A stretch of 64,000 nucleotides of DNA, from assembly GCF_009914755.1 (NCBI RefSeq), contig NC_060931.1, one strand, 5' to 3'. The position numbers and the translations under genes are program-made. Of the stretch, positions 56,057-64,000 are shown one piece after another (positions within the stretch are counted from its first letter, which is position 1; every line of letters begins with the position of its first letter). The notes below the pieces were generated by a model, which was given only the letters and a program-made list of their open reading frames with translations, was not told the DNA's origin and did not search any database. Origin of the DNA: the human T2T-CHM13v2.0 reference genome, Homo sapiens.

Positions 56057-57039
56057 ACATAATTTGTTTTGATTCAAGGTTTAAGATCTTATAAGAGCAT
56101 TAGCATTATGTTCTAAAGCACTCTGAGCTTGTCCAATGAAAAATTTTCAGTATACAATAAATTATCATATAGTTCTTTACAAATTCTCAGAAAAATTCAC
56201 ATGAAATATTCCAAATACAGAAAACTGAATGATGTCACAAGGATCAACTTTGTATTTTACACTCAGGTTGATTTGACATGATAATTTATTGGTTTTTTAT
56301 TTTATAAAGCATTCTACAAGTAGAATTATATTTCCTCATGTGATTTCTCCCATTTTTTCTCTTAACAAATTACATTCTTGCTTTACTTGAGCAATGACAG
56401 CCTTAAACATGGCCAAATGCAATAAATATTTACATACTGCTTACGTATATCAGCAATATTCAGACTTGTGTAAAATAATATTTTACCCATTATTATGAAA
56501 TCCATATTAATATACAGATTTCACAGATATGTAAACAACCTCACTTTGGCTCAGAAACTTTCACAAGTCAGTGAGCCTGAAAAAACATGGGTTTCCCATG
56601 TTGAGGGCAAAATCTGAATACTGGAAGACAAGTAATCAAAACAGTGAAAAACTATTTGAATGTGTTAGATTATCTTTTAATATAATGCTGAGCAGCCTGT
56701 GAGGAAATAATGTCTCTGTACCTTAATGATGGTAGAACTTGGTCTGGTCCTTTTTGTAAGTGATATCGCACTATGTATCAAAATTCATTAAAATGTCAAA
56801 AATTACCACTTTTGGGAATCTATCCTAAAAATAAGTTTAAAACTTTGAAGAATAATATTTATGTGTAAAGATGTACTGATATTTATGTGAATACTCACAA
56901 AGGAAAATTAAACTCCAAGGTAGAAGTGGAGTTAAATGAATTGTGTTATATCAGCTCAAAAGAATGATCCAACAACTATTTCCCAAGATAAAAAATGATT
57001 ATGCCACTTAATAACTTGTGTACTTAAAGAATCATGCAG

Positions 57040-57363
<324 letters not shown>

Positions 57364-59429
57364 TCATGAGAAAATATTAAAAATGTAACAAAAAACCAAC
57401 ATGCTTATAGTAGGGTAAAAGTCATGAATGCCATCTTCTTCCCTCCTTTTGACTATTAAATTCTATAATGTGGTCATATTCTTTATCCATTTAAGTATAT
57501 TCTTTATGTATAAGTATATATTTTCATTAGAATCTAAGAATATCCAGAACTGAAATGAACGTTATGGATCACCTATTCATCTGTATCATGTCTTAGATGA
57601 GAGAATAACAGTTCAAATTTTAATAGGTGTTAAAGCCCTAGGATGACTATAATTTTAGGGCTGGATTAGGGCATGAATTATTCTGATTCCTATTCTAGTT
57701 CAGTTTGCACGAAACAACACTCTTTGCGAATTATTCTGATAACGTTATTGTTTGTATATAAAGCAATTGAGTTTTCTTCAAATGCTGACCATCATAGTTT
57801 TAAGTTTTAAATTTAAATGTGGACATTTTACTATTTATAAGGCTTTAATTTGCTAAATTTCACCTCATGGCAGAAAACAGAGAAGGAATCCTTATCCTAA
57901 GCATAAATATATAACCCACAGTAGTAGTAGATACTATTTTTTTAGATGAGAAAATGGGAAAAACAAGACAAGTTTAATAAGTTCACTTACACATTTTTTT
58001 CTCTCTCAAGAGACTTTGATTTAAACATTTGAATGAACATTAGTGAAGGCAAACTATGTAACAATATTAGAACAACTGAAGTATTACAAATAGTAACACG
58101 TGCACTTTTCCACTTGTAGTGGACATATATGCTCAAATGGGCAACTTTGAAGCATTGATTGAAACTGGAGTGATAGTTACTAAAAAGTCATATTGACAAT
58201 TTACATATTATTGTTAAAATCTTGAACAAAAGAAAATCACCAATTTCAATGTAAAATAAAAATTACTTTCTAAATAATGAGCAAACCTAAATAAAACTGT
58301 TTCACATATAAATGTAACTTCTTTAATTAGTTTAGAGAAGAAATACTTATTTGCAGTATTGGTTTCATTATCTTTATGCAATCCTTAATTGGAGGATTGC
58401 ACGTCAATGCCATTCACTTTATTCTAAGGCTTTGTCATCGCTTTACAAATTAAATATTAAATAAATGTTGCAATTTATGTACCAGGAAGGTTGATGAAGA
58501 TTTTGTATATATTTTTAAATAAGTTTAAAAATATCAAGTGCTAATTATAATGGTGAAACTAAACATCTCTTCAAAAATGGTACTTATTTTGATATCAATA
58601 AACCATTAAAACATTTTGTTTTAGTTGACAGTTTGTACTTAATAAGCCTCCTACATCATTAAAATAATATATACAATCATGACAAGAGGAAAGATGTCAT
58701 GGGAACGCCACCTATGTCTAGAGGAAAAAAAATACTTTTTAAAACACTCTTAGCTCTTCAACTATAAACTGGAGAAAATAAAACCTTCTTCATTAACAGT
58801 ATTGTAGGAACTAAGTAAAATAAGTTGTGTAAAGTGGTTAGTAGTATGGTTTGAGATGGTGGTGGTATAATTTGTTATAATTTGGGAAACTGTGACATTA
58901 TCAAGCCATTATGTGTTTTCTCATTTTTTAAGACCAGATAGACTTGTTTTATGTATTTTTTCATTTTCTTCTTTTAAATAGCTGGAAGAAAATTCCATAT
59001 AATAGTATATAAATACAATTATTTTGATTCGGATGAGAAATGTGTGAAAGACATGTAATACTTTTATTATATTTGTTTGCTATGTTTACTGAAATACCCC
59101 AAGCTCTTAAAATAACTAAAATATAGGATGAGCTTAACAAATAATTTTATCTTAAGAAATAAGTATACATAGGCATTTTTTTGATCTAAGAGTCAAATAC
59201 AAGAATTTTAAAAAATTAAGTGTAACCTTTATTAGATAACTTCGCAACTCTATTCACCAACACTAAGTAATAAATGTGTCCTCAATGTCTATCCAGATGT
59301 AGCAATATTAGAAGTAACTGATTAGCACTAAAATAATCCATGTTTTCAAGTCATTTAAATGTGTACATTAGAGTCATTTATTTAAAAAGTCATATGGAGC
59401 AACTACTTTGTTTCAAAGACTGTACAAGC

Positions 59430-59540
59430 AGGGCAGGTTGTTGCACAGCTTCTGGGGTGTCATTCATATTGTAGTTGAAGTAAATGGTTCTCCCTGGTGT
59501 GCAAAGTTTAAGTCAAAGCAGATAGGCGTGGTGACCCTGG
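59430..59540. mobile_element. MER91A-like palindromic hAT MITE (degraded)
   Basis: gcacagcttctggggtgtcattcatattgtagtt...aaatggttctccctggtgtgca. Confidence 0.55.
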
Positions 59541-59883
59541 TGACAGGAGCCAGGATACAGAAGTAGATGGGATTGGATAGCTATTTTCAATATTGCTAAT
59601 GGAGTCCAGAGTATCACAGTTGGTACAGAGGACTGTGGTCTGGAAAAAGTGCAGTGAGGGTTCAGATCCAGAGAAACACATGGAATTTTTACTTAGGAAG
59701 ATGCCAAGAATAAGTTGTTAAAAATCACAAAAGTTCTTCATTATCTCGTATCTAACTAGTATTTTGCTCATGCAGTCTAACATTGTCTTAAAAACTAAAA
59801 CTGCTAGCTCAATTTATTCTATATAAGGCCAATCATTTTACTATAATTTTCTTGGAATTTAATGGAAAACATTTAATACTCAC

Positions 59884-59925
59884 ATCGAGATCATCCTTTG
59901 CATTGTAGTAGACAACTTCATTGCT
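59884..59925 (-). CDS. CACNA2D1: CACNA2D1 coding exon (about exon 5), 42 nt, phase 0-0, SNEVVYYNAKDDLD
   Basis: Minus strand: T-rich tract, tgtag|AGC AAT GAA GTT ... CTC GAT|gtgagt; translation matches alpha2delta-1; too short for the ORF track. Confidence 0.97.
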
Positions 59926-60839
59926 CTACAAAAAAAAAAGAACGCTTTATTGATTTTAATAAAAACAATACTGTATCAAATACTGAATACATTTTATGCA
60001 TATTATAAAATAAACTCCTTGTCATCTTTCTTTCACAATATATTCCACAATGATCCATAAGGATTAGCCACTATTTTTCCAGGAACATATTAAAACCGTT
60101 TATCAGTGATATTACATCTTGCATTGGGAAAAAGATCCCAGTGTAAGTCTGAGACCCATTTGTCAAGAAAAAAATAAGTGAAAAATTGGTAAGTAAAATA
60201 AATTATAGACAAACACATATATACACTGATATATTAATACACAATGAACAGGATAATTCAAGAAGCATGTAAGATACGTGTCTTAATACTTTGTTGAAGC
60301 CATGATTTTTATATACATACACAGAGTGTTGAAATGATTCTGGAGGAAATGTGCATCTATACAATATTGGCAGAAATTTACTCATGGAGTCAGAAAAGAA
60401 ATGATGAGCACCAGGGAATTCAGATAGTAAAAAATATCAGATTATCTCACACTAATACTCTCATATTCTAGCAAAGTGGTGAATTAGCATTGGTGTTCTA
60501 GCAAGAGTAAATATATATGGATGACTCTGCTAGCCATCAGTTTCCTGAAAAATACCATAAATATAAATTAGGGCTACAAACTATGTTAGAAAGGAAAAAT
60601 GGAAATGGATTAATAAAATGACTGTCAGGAATTTAAAACTCCTATTCTTTGTGTCTCTGAGGCTAGTTCTATGTAGTGTAAAAATAATCCACTTAGACTG
60701 ATTTCTCTATCTTATTCCAAACTGATTGAAGATATAGTTCATCTTCCACATGTCTTCAAGTAGTAAACTCACTACGATGTGAACACATATTTTTCCCTGC
60801 CTCTTAAACATCCAAAAACATAGATGCTGTAAAATTTTA

Positions 60840-61118
60840 GGCTGACGCGGTGGCTCACGCCTGTAATCCCAGCACTTCGGGAGGCCGAGGTGGGTGGATC
60901 ATGAGGTCAGGAGATCGAGACCATCCTGGCTAATACAGTGAAACTCCGTCTCTACTAAAAAAAAAAAAAAAAAAAAAAATTAGCCGGGCGTGGTGGCGGG
61001 TGCCTGTAGTCCCAGCTACTCCGGAGGCTGAGGCAGGAGAATGGCATGAACCCAGGAGGCGGAGCTTGCAGTGAGCTGAGATCGCGCGACAGAGCGAGAC
61101 TCCGCCTCAAAAAAAAAA
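60840..61118 (+). mobile_element. Alu (AluY) with a pure poly-A linker and an approximately 20-bp right-arm deletion
   Basis: gagatcgagaccatcctggctaa; atcgcg|cgacagag lacks ccactgcactccagcctggg. Confidence 0.95.
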
Positions 61119-61186
61119 TTTATTAAAAGCAAACATATAATACACAATTTTTAAAACGGAAATTACTTGGGAAAAGTTCACTAAAT

Positions 61187-61443
61187 TAGTGCTTCTCAGT
61201 GTATTCCCTTTCCCCCTCCCCGCAAAAATCACTACTTCTTCAAGATATTAATGGATGTCATGTGGGCAAAAGCATTCCATGATCATATGACTTTAGAATA
61301 TAATAAAGTTAAAATTGTCTCTTTTCGGCAGAACTTCACAGAGACAATGTATAACTGTACATTATAAATCTCCAAGAGGAAAATACATTGTGTTTTCTCA
61401 GTTTATTTACCACAGAAATCTGCCTGTTTTTGTTTGAGAAACA
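61187..61443. mobile_element. Old hAT-Charlie relic (MER103C/Charlie4-like)
   Basis: agatattaat...ttccatgatcatatga...aaatctccaagagg...tttatttaccacagaa. Confidence 0.5.
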
Positions 61444-61617
61444 TACCACGAGACTGAAACTCTAAAATATAGGTCTCCATGAAGACCAAACAAACCAAAA
61501 ATGATATAAATATCACAGCATATGAATCATAATAGAGACTGAAACCCATGAATTTGAATTTCATTTAGAATCACTAAAGTTTTACATTATTTGATTTTCA
61601 AAAGAATTATTCAGTAG

Positions 61618-61993
<376 letters not shown>

Positions 61994-63014
61994 TTATAGC
62001 ATTATTTTTATAAAAAAGCAGAGCTCATCACATGTGCAAAGCAAGACAATCTTCTGAATCCACCTGAGACCCAAACCTAATTACTAGTTTATTGATCCTG
62101 CTTGTACCTCTGCAGTTTATACTTAGGAGACGATTTTCAATTTAAAATGTGGATTCTACGAAAAGTTAAAGCACTGAATAAGTTCATCTTCATTTTAGAC
62201 TTTATTTTCTGCCATCTGCTTGCTTATATTAACAGAATGGGAACACGTAGAAAACAAGGTGAGGCTGCATTGAATTTCAAGCAGTTCAACATCGTCATTT
62301 TCAACAGATACTCACTAATATCTATATGCACACACTGTTGTGCCAAGAAAGGCAAAAAATAAGTCAAACCTATCAACTCCTACTCTTTTGGTAAAATAAT
62401 GGATACAAATCAGTTGCATAAAACAACATATGTATGTAGGATTACACTTGGTCCATGGTACTAGAATTAATGATTAGTCAATGTATTTCCTAGTAATAAA
62501 ATATAAATAAATAATCATCAAGGCTAAGATTAAGAGTATTTCACCTAGTGTCAGAAGGGTTACAAGTATGATTTTTTAAGTGCCAGTATTGATATAAACT
62601 AAGTATTTTGATCCTGTTAAGAGCTATGCATGAAACTAAAATTAAGTAAAATTAAGAATTAAAAAGATCTAAGTTTATTTGAGAATTTCCCAATGGTTTT
62701 GTTTCCCTTTTTTGTGTACTACATTCTACAAAATCTGTTACTTATCTCTTCTTTCAGAATGAGGGTCCATGGTACAATGATGAGCACTCTAAACTCTGAA
62801 ACTCTATGTTGCTTTTAAAACTGTCATTGAAAAGGTGCATTTCAAAGTTCAGTTAAGTGTTAACGAATTTGTACAAGGCTTTCTGGATTCTGGATTGCAT
62901 ATAATTCCAAACGCTGAGTTTTTAAGTAAACTGAAGAAACAAATATATATTAGTTATAAAATTATATTGCAGGTCAAACATCCATACTCATCCATACTCC
63001 TTTCTTGTTACTAA

Positions 63015-63342
<328 letters not shown>

Positions 63343-63924
63343 TGACATTTCCATTCTAAAAGAGTTCTTTCTCAATATATCATTCATTTATATGGTCAAA
63401 ATATCAATGAAAAAAACAAAACTGACTTTTTATAGAAAACAACAAAATGAGAAAGCACTTACTCAAATATGCATGCTTAGACAGGCTGTCACATTTTAAG
63501 AAGAGAACGTAGACCTTAGTGGAATTTGCAACCAATTATGTCCCATACCGTAAAACTAAATTTCTTCTTCACCAATAAATGGGATATTGCTTTTGGCTTA
63601 GGAGCATTTTTACAAACCTCATATGATAAATATGCTTTTCTTTCCCAAACCCCAAATTTTCATTCATAGCATATACATTTCATTATTCCCTTATTTCATG
63701 AAACAGAAAAGCTCACTTGATCAATTTTAATAAGAATAAATTTATACAGGGCATCAGGAGTTGGAGAAACTAACTCTGCATCTGCTCTGTCAACCAAATC
63801 CACCTCTATGGAATATGACCTTAAAATAAATGCCAAATATTCAAAGAGCACTTAATTTATATCACCACATCAAAATATTTTCCAAGTCTCAGTTCATATT
63901 TTCTTATAAAAAAAAATTGCAATT

Positions 63925-64000
63925 GGCTGGGCGCGGTGGCTCATGCCTGTAGTCCCAGCAGTTTGGGAGGCCGAGGCGGGTGGATCACAAGGTCTGGAGA
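63925..64000 (+). mobile_element. Alu 5' end, cut by the window edge
   Basis: ggctgggcgcggtggctcatgcctgtagtcccagca. Confidence 0.9.

Overview
AT-rich primate (almost certainly human) genomic DNA lying entirely inside CACNA2D1 (voltage-gated calcium channel alpha2delta-1), transcribed on the minus strand. Only three short coding exons are present: 59884-59925 (42 nt), 40293-40422 (130 nt) and 7981-8112 (132 nt). They splice in frame with canonical GT-AG sites to give about residues 119-219; from memory these are exons 5-7. The rest is intron, containing about 18 Alu/FLAM elements, four ERV1 solo LTRs, MaLR LTRs, hAT DNA-transposon relics, L1/L2/MIR fragments and microsatellites. Nearly all ORFs in the supplied track are artefacts of Alus, microsatellites or chance. 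I see no evidence of a new multi-gene system. The best leads are RNA-processing and genome-dynamics signals: a very young AluYa-lineage insertion, inverted AluY pairs around the in-frame 42-nt exon, a branchpoint-AG|GT site near the middle of the 32-kb intron, a candidate poison exon, possible intronic polyadenylation after the 132-nt exon, a sense LTR with a degraded polyA signal, template-switch scars and an unidentified coding-like relic near 44.2-45.65 kb. Repeat family names come from remembered consensus sequences, not a database search, and many repeat boundaries are approximate.
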